A stretch of DNA of 62,832 nt, counting the filler. It is 4 parts of 4 records of this genome, joined end to end, with 100 filler letters (N's around TTAATTAATTAA, not from the genome) between each part and the next. Parts side by side here need not be neighbours in the genome. Positions count along the whole stretch, not along the records: positions 8,042 to 23,768 come from DRR378314_2516; positions 23,869 to 45,111 come from DRR378314_2517; 2 more parts are not named here. One strand, 5' to 3'. A program made the translations under genes and the position numbers. Positions 19,789 to 31,375 of the stretch are shown one piece after another. The notes under the pieces were generated by a model. It did no database searches, was not told where the DNA came from, and saw only the letters and a program-made list of their open reading frames with translations. The first letter of the stretch is position 1; every line of letters begins with the position of its first letter.

Positions 19789-22700
19789 TGTTCTCAGCCC
19801 TGTTCATTAGCCGGCCCAAGCTGGCGCTTGTCATTTCACTGGTCCTGACCATTCTGGGCGGGATCGGGTATCTGGTTCTGCCGGTCGCGCAGTTCCCAGA
19901 TATTACGCCTCCGGTCGTCAGCGTGACGGCCACCTACACGGGGGCGAATGCCGAAACCGTAGAGAACACTGTTGCCGCGCCAATCGAGGCGCAGGTCAAT
20001 GGTGTCGATGACATGATCTACATGACGTCGACCTCATCGGATAACGGCTCGTATTCCCTGAACGTCACGTTCGAAGTGGGCACCGACCCGGATATTGCGT
20101 CGGTGAACGTCCAGAACCGCGTGGCGCAGGCCATGGCATCGCTGCCGTCCGAGGTGACCTCGTCCGGCGTTGTGACGCAGAAAGCGTCGACCAACATGCT
20201 GTTGCTGGTCACGCTGACCTCACCCAATGAAACCTATGACAGTGTGTTTCTTTCGAACTATGCCTCGATCAACCTGAAAGACGCGCTGGCGCGGGTTCAG
20301 GGGGTTGGTAAGGCCGACGTTCTGACCAATCTGGAATACGCCATGCGGATCTGGATGGACCCGGACAAGATGGCTGCTCTGTCGATCACTCCGGGTGATG
20401 TGATTAACGCCACCCGGGAGCAGAATATCGAAGTATCTGCCGGTTCGATCGGGTCACCTCCCGTGCCGGAAGGGCAAACCTTTCAATACACGATTAAAAC
20501 CAAAGGCCGCCTTACTTCTGCCGACGAGTTCGGGGATATCGTGATCCGAACCGGCGAAGCGGGCGCGATCGTGCGCGTCAAAGACATCGCGCGCATCGAG
20601 CTGGGGGCACAGTTCTACTCTGCATCGGGCTATTTTCAAAGTGTGCCCGCGACCGTACTCGGCATCTACCAGGCACCTGGCGCGAACGCCCTTGCGGTGT
20701 CCGAACGTGTTCAGGCCGAACTCGAACGCCTATCACGATCTTTCCCGACGGATGTCGAATACGACGTCCCGTTCAACACTACGGACTTCGTGGAACAATC
20801 CCTTAGCGACGTGGTCTCGACACTTATTCTGACGTTCATTCTGGTGATCACGGTTGTCTTTATCTTCCTTGGCAGTTGGCGGGCAACAATTATTCCAGCG
20901 GTGGCAATCCCGGTCTCATTGATCGGTACATTTGCCGTCCTGCTGGCATTCGGCATGTCCCTGAACACCATCTCTCTGTTCGCGCTGGTGCTGGCCATCG
21001 GTATCGTTGTGGATGACGCCATCGTTGTGGTGGAAAACGTCGAGCGCATTATTGCGGATGAGGGCCTACCCCCCGCCGATGCAACCCGCAAGGCAATGGG
21101 GCAAATCACCGGCCCTGTTATCGCCACAACGCTGGTACTGCTAGCCGTGTTTGTGCCGGTCACCTTCATGCCCGGTATATCGGGGCGATTGTATTCGCAG
21201 TTCGCGGTCACAATCTCGGCCGCTGTTGTGATCTCATCCATCAACGCACTGACCTTGTCTCCGGCGTTGTGCGGACTAGTGCTGCGGGCGCGATCGGGGC
21301 CCCCAAAAGGGCTTCTGGCTGTGTTCGAGAAGTTTATCGGTGGTATGCGCAGTGGCTATGTCGCCATTGTGCGAAAACTGTTGATCCTGCCCGTCGTTTC
21401 GCTGGTGGTCATAGCAGCCTTCGCATCGGGTACCGGCACCATAATGGGCAACACCTCCAAAGGCTTTATCCCGCTTGAGGACAACGGATATCTGTTTGTT
21501 GATATGCAGCTGCCCGACGCCGCCACGCTCGAACGCACCGAAACCGTCTCGGCACGGCTTGATGCGCAGATTCAGGAAATTCCTGGCGTCGCAAGCACAG
21601 TATTGGTGAACGGTTTCTCGATACTCAACGGGACGACCACCAATGGAGCGACGGTTTTTGTCAACCTCACCAACTGGGACGAGCGGCAGGAACCTGATCT
21701 GAGCGCGGAAGCGATTCTGAACAAGGTACTGATGATCGCCAATGGTGAATCAGCGGCGTCGATCGTTGCGTTCAATCCGCCGCCCATTCAGGGCCTCGGT
21801 ATGTCGGCTGGCGTCGAGATGGAGGTTCAGCAAACCGGCGGCGGCTCGCCTCAGGATCTGGCCTCGGCCGTCGGCTCCTATGTCTATGCGGCCAATCAAC
21901 GGCCCGAGATCGCGCAGGCCTATACCACCTTCCGCGCGAACGTACCGCAATTGTTTGTCGATCTGGATCGGGAAAAAGCCAAAACCCTGCAGGTCTCGGT
22001 GGCCGAGATTTTCCAGACCATGCAAGCGCAGCTTGGCTCGTATTACGTGAACGACTTTAACCTGTTTGGTCGTGTCTACCGCGTGATGATCCAGGCCGAG
22101 GGGTCGTACCGGAACAAGGTCGAGGATATCTCGGAGCTTTATGTGCGTTCCACCCAAGGCGAAATGGTGCCCTTGGGAACGCTAATCGACGTCGAGAACG
22201 TCTTGGGGCCGGTTCTGCTGAAGCGTCACAATCTGTTCCGTTCAGCCACCGTTACAGCGGTTCCCGCACCGGGGCTTTCTACCGGTGATGCCATTACCGC
22301 CATGACGGAAGAGTCGGCGACCGCCCTACCCCCCGGTTATGCATTTGAGTGGACCGGAACGGCGCAACAGCAGCTGGCCTCAGGCAACTTGGTGGTTGTG
22401 ATCCTCGGATTGGCGATTCTATTCGGGTATTTGTTCCTTGTCGGCCAATACGAAAGTTGGACAATGCCTGTTTCGATCCTGATGTCGGTAACCGTGGCCC
22501 TGTTCGGCGCGGTCGCGGCAGTGGCCGTCGTGGGCAGTGATATCAATCTGTACACGCAGATCGGGATGATCATGCTTGTGGGCCTTGCATCAAAGAACGG
22601 GATTCTGATCGTGGAATTCGCGATGGAACAGCGCGCAAAGGGGCTCACGATCAAAGAGGCCGCTGTGGAGGCCGCGCATCAGCGTTTCCGTGCCGTGATG

Positions 22701-22925
22701 ATGACCGCACTGTCCTTCCTGCTGGGTGTTGTTCCTTTGCTGGCAGCAAACGGTGCGGGGGCAGCCAGCCAAAAGGCAATTGGCGTGGCCGTGTTCGGCG
22801 GCATGCTTGCTGCGACCTTGTTCGGGGTCATTCTGGTTCCCGTTCTCTATGCAGTCATGCAAGGCCTGCGTGAGCGGATCAAGGGTAACAAAAGCGATCC
22901 GGGACCTTCAGAAGAGGTTGCATAG
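19788..22925 (+). CDS. RND efflux permease (HAE1, AcrB/BepE-like)
   Basis: 1045 aa, with [23 protein letters not shown] and RFRAVMMT (proton-relay residues intact). Confidence 0.96.
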   Translation: MFSALFISRPKLALVISLVLTILGGIGYLVLPVAQFPDITPPVVSVTATYTGANAETVENTVAAPIEAQVNGVDDMIYMTSTSSDNGSYSLNVTFEVGTDPDIASVNVQNRVAQAMASLPSEVTSSGVVTQKASTNMLLLVTLTSPNETYDSVFLSNYASINLKDALARVQGVGKADVLTNLEYAMRIWMDPDKMAALSITPGDVINATREQNIEVSAGSIGSPPVPEGQTFQYTIKTKGRLTSADEFGDIVIRTGEAGAIVRVKDIARIELGAQFYSASGYFQSVPATVLGIYQAPGANALAVSERVQAELERLSRSFPTDVEYDVPFNTTDFVEQSLSDVVSTLILTFILVITVVFIFLGSWRATIIPAVAIPVSLIGTFAVLLAFGMSLNTISLFALVLAIGIVVDDAIVVVENVERIIADEGLPPADATRKAMGQITGPVIATTLVLLAVFVPVTFMPGISGRLYSQFAVTISAAVVISSINALTLSPALCGLVLRARSGPPKGLLAVFEKFIGGMRSGYVAIVRKLLILPVVSLVVIAAFASGTGTIMGNTSKGFIPLEDNGYLFVDMQLPDAATLERTETVSARLDAQIQEIPGVASTVLVNGFSILNGTTTNGATVFVNLTNWDERQEPDLSAEAILNKVLMIANGESAASIVAFNPPPIQGLGMSAGVEMEVQQTGGGSPQDLASAVGSYVYAANQRPEIAQAYTTFRANVPQLFVDLDREKAKTLQVSVAEIFQTMQAQLGSYYVNDFNLFGRVYRVMIQAEGSYRNKVEDISELYVRSTQGEMVPLGTLIDVENVLGPVLLKRHNLFRSATVTAVPAPGLSTGDAITAMTEESATALPPGYAFEWTGTAQQQLASGNLVVVILGLAILFGYLFLVGQYESWTMPVSILMSVTVALFGAVAAVAVVGSDINLYTQIGMIMLVGLASKNGILIVEFAMEQRAKGLTIKEAAVEAAHQRFRAVMMTALSFLLGVVPLLAANGAGAASQKAIGVAVFGGMLAATLFGVILVPVLYAVMQGLRERIKGNKSDPGPSEEVA

Positions 22926-22943
22926 CAACAACCAAGAAATAGA

Positions 22944-22971
22944 AAACGCCCCGCAATACGTCGGGGCGTTT
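22944..22971. terminator. Hairpin between the convergent RND permease and glpD (probably a bidirectional terminator)
   Basis: aaacgccccg / cggggcgttt perfect 10-bp stem. Confidence 0.75.
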
Positions 22972-22979
22972 CAAATTTG

Positions 22980-23768
22980 TCAGACTGCCCGATGCGCTCT
23001 GATGTCGCTCATTCGTTGGGCCATCCAGTCGTCAATCCGGCCAATCTGCTCGGGGCTTAACCGAAGACCAAGCTTATTGCGCCGCCACACAACGTCATCT
23101 GCAGTGCGCGCGTATTCCTTTTCCATCAGCCAAAGCAACTCAACCTCGGTCAACGTTGCTCCAAATTCCTCACCCAGATCGGTGTGGGTTTTTGCAGGCC
23201 CCAATAAGTCCCATACCTCGGTCCCAAAGGCCCGGATCAATCGACGTGCCCAAAACTCTGTCAGGAACGGATAGTCTGCCAAAACCTGTCGGATCAAATT
23301 CGGCACACCATCCACCGGAAAGTCACCGCCAGGCAGGGGAACCCCGGCAGTCCACGGTCCGGCGAGGTCAGGAAAATGTTCACCAACTTTCTCCAACGCG
23401 CTTTCTGCAAGGCGTCGGTAAGTGGTGATTTTACCGCCAAAGACATTCAGCACGGGTGCCCCACCAGCCGCATCGACCTTGAGCGTATAGTCCCGCGTGG
23501 CGGCCGTTGCACTGCTTGCGCCATCGTCATAAAGGGGGCGAACGCCGGAATAGGTCCAGACCACATCGGCGCGGGTGACGGGTTTCTTAAAGTATTTTGA
23601 GGCAAAAGCACACAAGTAATCTTGCTCGGTCTCGGTGCAAACCGGTGGCTCAAAGGGATCCGAATGGTCCTGATCGGTGGTTCCGATCAAAGTGAAATCC
23701 TGCTCATACGGGATGGCGAAGATGATGCGCCCATCTTCGCCCTGAAAGAAATAGCATTTGTCGTGATC
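22980..23768 (-). CDS. glpD: Glycerol-3-phosphate dehydrogenase, 5'-truncated
   Basis: DGRIIFAIPYE, IGTTD, YSGVRPL, GGKITTYRRLAE and DVVWRRNKLG. The frame is open to the spacer. Confidence 0.95.
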   Translation of the reverse strand, partial: DHDKCYFFQGEDGRIIFAIPYEQDFTLIGTTDQDHSDPFEPPVCTETEQDYLCAFASKYFKKPVTRADVVWTYSGVRPLYDDGASSATAATRDYTLKVDAAGGAPVLNVFGGKITTYRRLAESALEKVGEHFPDLAGPWTAGVPLPGGDFPVDGVPNLIRQVLADYPFLTEFWARRLIRAFGTEVWDLLGPAKTHTDLGEEFGATLTEVELLWLMEKEYARTADDVVWRRNKLGLRLSPEQIGRIDDWMAQRMSDIRAHRAV

Positions 23769-23868
23769 NNNNNNNNNNNNNNNNNNNNNNNNNNNNNNNN
23801 NNNNNNNNNNNNTTAATTAATTAANNNNNNNNNNNNNNNNNNNNNNNNNNNNNNNNNNNNNNNNNNNN
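23769..23868. other. Artificial contig spacer
   Basis: 44 N + TTAATTAATTAA + 44 N. Confidence 0.99.
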
Positions 23869-23869
23869 A

Positions 23870-24232
23870 GTTTACTCAGTATCAACTGATACACATTTTA
23901 CCCATAAAGCATGGCATGACACGTCAGACACAATCGGTAAAATTACTTACCCTATGATTGGTGACCCAACTGGCCGTATTACACGTAGCTTTGGTGTAAT
24001 GATTGAAGATGATGGCTTAGCGCTTCGTGGTACATTTGTAATGAACCCAGAAGGTGAAATTAAGGTTATCGAAACTCACGATTTAGGTATTGGTCGAAGT
24101 GCCAAAGAGTTAGTACGTAAAGTACAAGCTGCTCAATACATTGCCACTCACGACGGTGAAGTTTGTCCTGCATCTTGGCAGCCAGGTGAAGACACACTTG
24201 CCCCTTCACTAGACCTCGTTGGTAAAATCTAA
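23870..24232 (+). CDS. ahpC: Alkyl hydroperoxide reductase C, 5'-truncated
   Basis: [13 protein letters not shown]...GEVCPASW...SLDLVGKI. Confidence 0.97.
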   Translation, partial: VYSVSTDTHFTHKAWHDTSDTIGKITYPMIGDPTGRITRSFGVMIEDDGLALRGTFVMNPEGEIKVIETHDLGIGRSAKELVRKVQAAQYIATHDGEVCPASWQPGEDTLAPSLDLVGKI

Positions 24233-24254
24233 ATATAGTTTTTACCTGTAATAA

Positions 24255-24274
24255 AAGGGCAGGCAACTGCCCTT
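24255..24274 (+). terminator. Stem-loop in the ahpC-ahpF spacer
   Basis: aagggcag-GCAA-ctgccctt, with only a weak U tract. Confidence 0.65.
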
Positions 24275-24385
24275 AAGCTAGCAGTGATCGCTGTTGGCTC
24301 CTCCCATATTAATATCGTTTATTAAGCACATCCGAAACTTGGTGTGGGAGGTTTGCTGCTCAAATTTCCACGTAAGGATTAAGCC

Positions 24386-25960
24386 ATGTTAGATAACAAC
24401 ATAAAGAACCAGTTAAAAAGTCATTTTGAATCGCTTACACAACCTGTTGAGCTGCTTATTGCCTTGGATGACAGCAAAAAATCAGCAGAAGTCGAAAGCT
24501 TAGCAAATGATTTAGCATCACTAAGCGATAAAATTACGGTGATTAACAACCCAGACACTCGCGCCCGCCGCCCATCTATGGTTGTTCACTCATCGGCTAA
24601 AAATACCCACATTACGTTTGCTGGCGTACCGATGGGACACGAATTTACAAGTTTAGTGTTGGCACTTTTGCATACCGGCGGACACGCAAATAAAGCGAAA
24701 AGTGAAGACATTGAACAAATACAATCACTTGAGCAAGAACTTAATTTTGAGATTTACATCAGCTTGAGTTGCCAAACGTGCCCACAAGTAGTTCAGGCGC
24801 TAAACACGATGGCGGCTACTAATAGCAATATTAAAGCAACAATGATTGATGGCGCGCTATTTCAAGAGGAAGTAGAAGAGCGCAACATTTTAGCAGTACC
24901 GGCTGTTTATTTAAATGGCGAACCATTTAGCCAAGGTGCATTGAGCCTAACTGATATATTAAACAAAGTAGATAGTAAAGGGGCGGCTCGCCAAGCTGCG
25001 GCACTTAGCGAAAAAGATAAATTTGACGTACTGGTTGTAGGCGGCGGCCCAGCAGGTGCGTCCGCAGCTATTTACTCAGCGCGTAAAGGTTTAAATACCG
25101 GTATTGTTGCAGAGCGGTTTGGTGGGCAAGTTGCAGATACGCTTGGTATTGAAAACTTTATCTCTGTTAAAGCCACTGAAGGACCAAAGCTTGTAGCACA
25201 GCTTGAAGAGCATGTTAAAGAATACGATGTAGATGTAATGCATAACCAACGTGCTGCAGGGCTTGAACGCGTCAATAATCAGTACGAAATTACCCTAGAA
25301 AACGGTGCTACCTTAAAAGCCAAATCATTAGTGCTTGCAACCGGGGCTCGTTGGCGTGAAATGAATGTGCCAGGAGAGCAAGAATATCGTGGCCATGGTG
25401 TAGCGTATTGCCCACATTGTGATGGTCCTCTATTCAAAGGTAAACCAGTAGCTGTAATTGGTGGGGGTAACTCCGGTATTGAAGCCGCAATTGATTTAGC
25501 AAATATTGTAGAGCATGTAACGGTACTTGAATTTGCAGATACATTACGCGCTGATGAGGTTCTGATCCGCAAAGCGAACAGCTTAAATAATATTACTATT
25601 ATTAAAAATGCTCAAACCACAGAGGTGTTAGGTGATGGTAACAAAGTCACTGGGCTAGCTTACAAAGACCGTGTAACAGGTGAAAGTAAAAACCTGGGCT
25701 TAGCCGGTATTTTTGTCCAAATTGGCTTAATTCCTAATACTGAATGGTTGAAAGGCTCAGAGTTGGAACTCAGTCAATTTGGCGAGATTTTAGTAGACGC
25801 TAAAGGTGCTACCTCATTACCGGGTGTGTATGGTGCAGGTGATGCAACTAATACACCATTTAAGCAAATTATCATTGCGATGGGCAGTGGTGCAACAGCA
25901 AGCCTTGGTGCATTTGATTACTTAATTCGTCACACTGAGCAAAACAGTGACGCTGCTTAA
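24386..25960 (+). CDS. ahpF: Alkyl hydroperoxide reductase F
   Basis: [27 protein letters not shown] and GGGNSG. Confidence 0.98.
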   Translation: MLDNNIKNQLKSHFESLTQPVELLIALDDSKKSAEVESLANDLASLSDKITVINNPDTRARRPSMVVHSSAKNTHITFAGVPMGHEFTSLVLALLHTGGHANKAKSEDIEQIQSLEQELNFEIYISLSCQTCPQVVQALNTMAATNSNIKATMIDGALFQEEVEERNILAVPAVYLNGEPFSQGALSLTDILNKVDSKGAARQAAALSEKDKFDVLVVGGGPAGASAAIYSARKGLNTGIVAERFGGQVADTLGIENFISVKATEGPKLVAQLEEHVKEYDVDVMHNQRAAGLERVNNQYEITLENGATLKAKSLVLATGARWREMNVPGEQEYRGHGVAYCPHCDGPLFKGKPVAVIGGGNSGIEAAIDLANIVEHVTVLEFADTLRADEVLIRKANSLNNITIIKNAQTTEVLGDGNKVTGLAYKDRVTGESKNLGLAGIFVQIGLIPNTEWLKGSELELSQFGEILVDAKGATSLPGVYGAGDATNTPFKQIIIAMGSGATASLGAFDYLIRHTEQNSDAA

Positions 25961-26004
25961 AAACTCTTGATTTAACAGCCATACACCCATGACTGTTATT
26001 CTCC

Positions 26005-26034
26005 AAAGTCGCCCTCTCCAAAGGCGACTTTTTT
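26005..26034 (+). terminator. Rho-independent terminator after ahpF
   Basis: aaagtcgcc / ggcgacttt stem with a T run. Confidence 0.85.
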
Positions 26035-26098
26035 CGTGTCTTAAAATAGGCGCTTGTGGTATGTTTTAAAATAATTGGAGAGATTTATTGGAAAATGC

Positions 26099-26503
26099 AT
26101 GTACCAAGGAAGTTGTTTGTGTAAAAAAGTAGCGATTGAGGTCAATGGCCCAATAAGCAGTATTATCCATTGCCATTGCTCATTATGCAGAAAGTCTAGC
26201 GGCACAGCCTTTGCTACGAATGGTTTTGTTCAACGTGCTGATTTTAAAGTTGTTAAAGGCCAAGAAAGTTTAACGGCTTTTGAATTTAAACCGGGTCGTA
26301 TTCGTCACTTTTGTACAGCTTGCGGCAGTCCAGTTTACAGTGAGAATCTCGATGACCCAACGCGCTTGAGGTTACGTTTAGGTATTTTAGACAGTGATAT
26401 TAATGAGCGCCCACTCAGTCATAACTTTTGCAGCTCTAAAGCAAATTGGGAAGACTTTGATGCAAAGCTCGCTCACTATGACGGGTTTGAACCAACACGG
26501 TAA
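26099..26503 (+). CDS. GFA/CENP-V family Zn protein
   Basis: GSCLC, CHCSLCRK and FCTACGS. ATG 26099 preferred over the ORF-track start at 26075. Confidence 0.92.
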   Translation: MYQGSCLCKKVAIEVNGPISSIIHCHCSLCRKSSGTAFATNGFVQRADFKVVKGQESLTAFEFKPGRIRHFCTACGSPVYSENLDDPTRLRLRLGILDSDINERPLSHNFCSSKANWEDFDAKLAHYDGFEPTR

Positions 26504-26505
26504 GT

Positions 26506-26973
26506 TTATTGGTATTTGGCTGCACTAATAAATTCGTCAAAGCTTTCGCACCAAATGATTACTGTATTAAAATCTGCAATATTAATGTCTTGCGGTATCT
26601 TGACTATAAAGCTGTTGAACGTTTTGATGCTTGCCACTCTTGTGAATGTTCCTTTAAATGCAAGGAACTCAGTTTCATTGTCTACAAAGCGATCAGCCAA
26701 ATAAATTTGATAGTCTGGGCCAGGGCTAATTTCCCCTTCAAACGAAATGTGGCTATTGCTTAATTTTACCTGACCTTGTGCGAAATGCAGAAAATCAGAG
26801 CCCGGTAATTCGGCCTTAAACTCTCCTGTATACATCGCTTTTTGCGCATGATTGACAAGCTCTAGTTTACTGGGTGATGCGGGTGCTGTGAGAATTGGCA
26901 AGGCATACATGCCTGCTGCAAAACCAATTCCAAACACAATGATGTAGCTGAGTAGACGAATTAAAAGAGCCAT
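26506..26973 (-). CDS. DM13 domain protein
   Basis: N-terminal TM segment, GPDYQIYL and VIIWCESF. Confidence 0.88.
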   Translation of the reverse strand: MALLIRLLSYIIVFGIGFAAGMYALPILTAPASPSKLELVNHAQKAMYTGEFKAELPGSDFLHFAQGQVKLSNSHISFEGEISPGPDYQIYLADRFVDNETEFLAFKGTFTRVASIKTFNSFIVKIPQDINIADFNTVIIWCESFDEFISAAKYQ

Positions 26974-26983
26974 CGTAATTGCC

Positions 26984-27790
26984 TTATTTTAAGTTAAATA
27001 CCTTTCTAGAAGGTAAGTTCAAAGCACTGTATGAGCGGTTAATATAACGTTGATAGAGTTCGTCGAACTCACCGCTTTGTTGCAGTTTTAATAAACCACT
27101 TTGTAGTTTTGTTACGAGCAACTGGTCTTTTTTATGGGCATAGAAGTGATAGAAATTATCGTATTGCAACATTATTGTAGGTTCTATCACAAGCTGCTTG
27201 TAAGGTTGTTTTGCTATTTCAGTTGCAATTGCTGAGACTGAACGAGGAAAGTAATCAGCCAATCCTGTGGCTAATAACTTAAGCATTACATCATAGTCAT
27301 GTTCGCCATTCACTGTTAGGCCATTCCTTATTAAGACATCGTAATCAGACCAAGTATGCTTTTGCAAAGCGACGAGTGGTTTTAGCTCATCGAGTGAATT
27401 GATATTTGCAAAGCGGTGTTGTTGCGACTGATTGATCATTAGCAATCGCTTTCCATGAAGACCTTTGTACAGCGGGAGTGTGGTGTGTACCAGGTTTGAA
27501 TGTGCGCTTTTAGACATAGAAAACCAGGCTAAATTAATGCTGCCTTCGTGGCTTAGCTCTTCAATGGCTCGTTTACTATTCATCGGGATGGTTGAGTAAG
27601 TAAATTCAACATCAAAATTTTCTTTTTTCAGGCTTGCACTCAGCAATGCATGCATGTAATCATTTTTTGGCGAATTGATATCACTCGGCGTTGCTAAGTG
27701 AAGGTTAATCACGTTTTCTTGCGCACACAAACTAAACACATGACATAGCAATACAAAACCAACAAACTTTGTGAATGAACGCAAGCGCAT
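26984..27790 (-). CDS. Orphan family-3-like periplasmic solute-binding protein
   Basis: Signal peptide, WSD...L..NG, DYFPRSV and GLLKLQQSGEFDELY. Confidence 0.75.
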   Translation of the reverse strand: MRLRSFTKFVGFVLLCHVFSLCAQENVINLHLATPSDINSPKNDYMHALLSASLKKENFDVEFTYSTIPMNSKRAIEELSHEGSINLAWFSMSKSAHSNLVHTTLPLYKGLHGKRLLMINQSQQHRFANINSLDELKPLVALQKHTWSDYDVLIRNGLTVNGEHDYDVMLKLLATGLADYFPRSVSAIATEIAKQPYKQLVIEPTIMLQYDNFYHFYAHKKDQLLVTKLQSGLLKLQQSGEFDELYQRYINRSYSALNLPSRKVFNLK

Positions 27791-27927
27791 AATGCTATAC
27801 CTACCTTGTTTAAATACATTAACTATAACCACTTTAGCCTAACAGGTGTAATTTATTGCATAAAAAATAACGCAAACTAAGAATTGCTATTATACTAATC
27901 TTATCAATTAAGTATTGCGAGATAGAG

Positions 27928-29553
27928 ATGTTAAATAACTATTCAGTTCGTACTCGCCTGGCTGTATTAGCATTACTGCCTTTAATAGTATTTTCCATTG
28001 TGTCTATTTATTCAATAAGCACCATGGGGCGATTAGTATCAGGGATTGATAGTTTATATGATGACCGTATTGTTCCGCTTAAACAGATAAAATCGGTATC
28101 AGATAATTATGCTGTAAATATTGTTGATTTGTTGCATAAATACCGTGCAGGGACTATTGAGCGTACTTCGCTTATATCTGCAGTAAACGACGCTAAAAGT
28201 ACAGCAGAGCAACAATGGCAAGCCTACTTACAAACAACGCTGACAAGTGAAGAATTGCGGCTTGTGTCTAATGTCGAAAATAAACTTTTACCAGTGCAAG
28301 GCCACATAAGTGCTTTGTTAGAGGCGATTAACAATGGCGAATTTTCGTCATTATCGCAAAAGCAATTCGTTGCAGATCTTTATGCGCTTTTTGATCCCCT
28401 CAGCAGCAGTTACCAAGATTTAATAGATTTACAGCTTAAAGAGGCAAATAGCTTTAAACAACAAGCAGATGAGAACTATCAACTAATTAGATTCGCCATG
28501 ATAGCAGCCATTGTAATACTCATTTTACTTTTATTAGTTGTGGCTTATTTTATTTATCGGTCAATACAAAACCCTGTAATGTGTTTGCGTCAAACTATTA
28601 CTCAAATAGCGAGTGGCGCCGATTTGACGCTTCGAGCAGAGGTAAAAGGAAGCGATGAGATAGCAGATACAGCACAGAATTTTAATGCTATGCTATCGCG
28701 AATTCATACGCTAGTAACCGATATGGCAGGGGCGACTTTAACGCTTTCATCGGCTGCTGAACAAATGAACTCTATAAGTATACAAGTTGCCAGCACAGCA
28801 ACTGAGCAAGAGCAGCAGTCAGCTATGATTGCAACAGCAATTACCCAAATGAGCAGCGCCATAGAGCAAGTTGCGCACAATGCCTGTGCTACATCAGAGA
28901 AAGCAGTCAATGCCGACACAAAAGCGCAACAAGGGCAGCAAGCCGTAGCAGATAATATTGAGTCGATTAATACCTTGTCTGCATTGGTCAATCAAAATAC
29001 CGTGTTAATAACGGATTTAAACGCCCAAACAAATGAGATAAACCAAGTAGTAATGATGATTCAAGGGGTTGCTGAGCAAACTAACTTGCTTGCTCTGAAT
29101 GCTGCGATAGAAGCTGCACGAGCTGGTGACTCTGGCCGCGGTTTTGCTGTTGTAGCAGATGAAGTCAGGCAGCTCGCCCACAATACCCAAAAAGCGACAG
29201 CCAGTATCAATGAAATGATCACTAAATTGCAAAACATGGCGCAACAAGCAGTTGGTGCAATGGAAAATGCTGAAAGTAGTGCAAAAGAAAGTGTTGATCA
29301 TGCTCAGTACTCGTCTCAAGTGTTAAGTGAGATTAATCATGAAGTTACTGAAATATCTGATATGAACACGCAGGTATCAACTGCGACCCAAGAACAGCAA
29401 TTAGTCGCAAATGAATTAAGTAGCAATATCAATGAATTTAGTTCAAGTATTACGTCGGTGAGTGAGAGCTCACAGCAAAATGCCCAAGCTTCACAAGAAC
29501 TTGCTGAACTTGCATCAAGATTACAAGAGCAAGTAGGAGCGTTTAAGATCTGA
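27928..29553 (+). CDS. Methyl-accepting chemotaxis protein (4HB sensor, HAMP)
   Basis: Two TM segments, [10 protein letters not shown] and [17 protein letters not shown]...[12 protein letters not shown]. Confidence 0.97.
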   Translation: MLNNYSVRTRLAVLALLPLIVFSIVSIYSISTMGRLVSGIDSLYDDRIVPLKQIKSVSDNYAVNIVDLLHKYRAGTIERTSLISAVNDAKSTAEQQWQAYLQTTLTSEELRLVSNVENKLLPVQGHISALLEAINNGEFSSLSQKQFVADLYALFDPLSSSYQDLIDLQLKEANSFKQQADENYQLIRFAMIAAIVILILLLLVVAYFIYRSIQNPVMCLRQTITQIASGADLTLRAEVKGSDEIADTAQNFNAMLSRIHTLVTDMAGATLTLSSAAEQMNSISIQVASTATEQEQQSAMIATAITQMSSAIEQVAHNACATSEKAVNADTKAQQGQQAVADNIESINTLSALVNQNTVLITDLNAQTNEINQVVMMIQGVAEQTNLLALNAAIEAARAGDSGRGFAVVADEVRQLAHNTQKATASINEMITKLQNMAQQAVGAMENAESSAKESVDHAQYSSQVLSEINHEVTEISDMNTQVSTATQEQQLVANELSSNINEFSSSITSVSESSQQNAQASQELAELASRLQEQVGAFKI

Positions 29554-29561
29554 TTTACTGA

Positions 29562-29987
29562 TTAGAGTTGCTGGTATACATCTGCGACACGAATTTCCAT
29601 CATTGTTTCAGGGGCAGTTAAAGGTGTAAAACCAAACTGCTGATACAATGTATGGGCATCCGCTGTCGCTAAACAAAAGCGACGGAGGTTTTGTAGATCA
29701 GGGTGAGCCATAATTTCCGTTAGTAATATTTTGCTTAAACCTTTGCCTCGGTGTTCTTTTAGAATGAATACGTCTGCTAAATAGCCAAAAGTTGCGCAAT
29801 CTGAGATGACTCTGGCAAAACCAACTTGTCCATCTTGCTCATGATACACGCCAAAACACAAAGAATTTTGTATAGCCTTACGCATAATCTCAATGGGGAT
29901 CCCTTTCGCCCAATACGTGCCACAAATGAACGCATGTATGAGATCAATATTTAAACGTGATTGATTACAGCTTATTTGGTAGTTCAT
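29562..29987 (-). CDS. GNAT family acetyltransferase
   Basis: QVGFARVISD, DVFI..EHRGKGL and LYQQFGF. Confidence 0.93.
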   Translation of the reverse strand: MNYQISCNQSRLNIDLIHAFICGTYWAKGIPIEIMRKAIQNSLCFGVYHEQDGQVGFARVISDCATFGYLADVFILKEHRGKGLSKILLTEIMAHPDLQNLRRFCLATADAHTLYQQFGFTPLTAPETMMEIRVADVYQQL

Positions 29988-30139
29988 TATGTCCGGCCTC
30001 TACTATTTCATATTTTCTGCGAGCGTATACAACCTAAAATCTGGTTAAGAGATGTACTGCTATGTGCTGATATTAAATAATAAATGTGTTTATTCGTCTT
30101 TAGCGTTTAGGTTATTTAGGTATCTTTTTAAAGTAACTA

Positions 30140-31375
30140 TCAATCACTTTGCAATGCCTCAATGGGATCAAGCTGTGAAGCCTTAATTGCAGGATAAACA
30201 CCGAAAGTTAAGCCTACTAGCGCGCAAATACTAAATGATAATAAAATGGCAGTTATAGACCACGATACAGCCCATTGCGAATAAATAGAAATAATCTCAG
30301 ATAAAGCAATCCCAAATACAACGCCGAGTAAGCCCCCGAAGATAGAAATGGTAAAGCTCTCGGCAATAAATTGTATTCGAATATCTTTTTGCGTGGCACC
30401 AACAGCACGAAGCAGACCAATTTCTTTGGTGCGCTCTAGAACGGTTGCTAACATAATGTTCATGATCCCAATACCGCCAACTAATAAAGAGATGCCAGCT
30501 ACACACGACATCACAATATTAAAAATTTGTTGAGTTTGTTTTTGTTGTGCAAGTAATGCTGCGGGTATCACTAATTCATAATCATCAATATCACTGTGGC
30601 GGTTTTTGAGTAAGTGATTAAGTGCTTGAGCCGCGACTATTGGATCCACAGACTTATCAATTGCAAATTTCAAACTGCTTAATTCGCTTTCAAGTAAGCC
30701 ATTTTCAAAGCGGTGTAATGCGGTGCTTAATGGGATAAATACTTGGTTTTGTTCACTGCCCAATTTAATGCCTTGGAATTCTTTCTTTTTCAAATATGGC
30801 GCTTGCAAAATCCCTACAACTTCGAACCACAAGTGATTAATCTTTATTTGTTGACCAAGTGCATCGCCCAGTGGAAAAAGCTGTTTAGCCGTGTTTGCGC
30901 CAAGTAATGCAACTTGTGCGAAGTGCTTATTGTCGGCCTGATTTAGCGAACGACCTTGAAATAGCTCAAAATGAGACAACGCAAAATAATTTGCACTGAC
31001 CCCAATAGCTCGGCTATCGCTGTCAGTGTACTGACTAAATATATGGTAAGTTTTAACGTTCTTTTGTGATGCAAAATCGGTTATAAATGGGAGTGACTCA
31101 TGGGCAACTTGTGCGTCTCGCAAGCTCAAACCTGCCGAATGCTTACGTTGCTCCTTTAACTCTTCTTCATTAAATTCCTTGGTATTTACAATTAAGTTAT
31201 ATAAGCCCATGGAGTCAATCATTTTCATTGCTTCTCGTTCAGCGCCTTCACCAATATTAAGCATGGCTATAACGGCGCCCACACCAAAGATCATGCCTAA
31301 CAAGGTTAACAGCGTGCGTAATTTATGCTGTGCAAGCTCCATGGTTGTGTCGATAAATAAACTGAGATACTTCAT
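30140..31375 (-). CDS. MacB/FtsX-type ABC permease
   Basis: KLRTLLTLLGMIFGV, GGIGIMNIM, ERTKEIG and PAIKASQLDPIEAL. Confidence 0.95.
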   Translation of the reverse strand: MKYLSLFIDTTMELAQHKLRTLLTLLGMIFGVGAVIAMLNIGEGAEREAMKMIDSMGLYNLIVNTKEFNEEELKEQRKHSAGLSLRDAQVAHESLPFITDFASQKNVKTYHIFSQYTDSDSRAIGVSANYFALSHFELFQGRSLNQADNKHFAQVALLGANTAKQLFPLGDALGQQIKINHLWFEVVGILQAPYLKKKEFQGIKLGSEQNQVFIPLSTALHRFENGLLESELSSLKFAIDKSVDPIVAAQALNHLLKNRHSDIDDYELVIPAALLAQQKQTQQIFNIVMSCVAGISLLVGGIGIMNIMLATVLERTKEIGLLRAVGATQKDIRIQFIAESFTISIFGGLLGVVFGIALSEIISIYSQWAVSWSITAILLSFSICALVGLTFGVYPAIKASQLDPIEALQSD

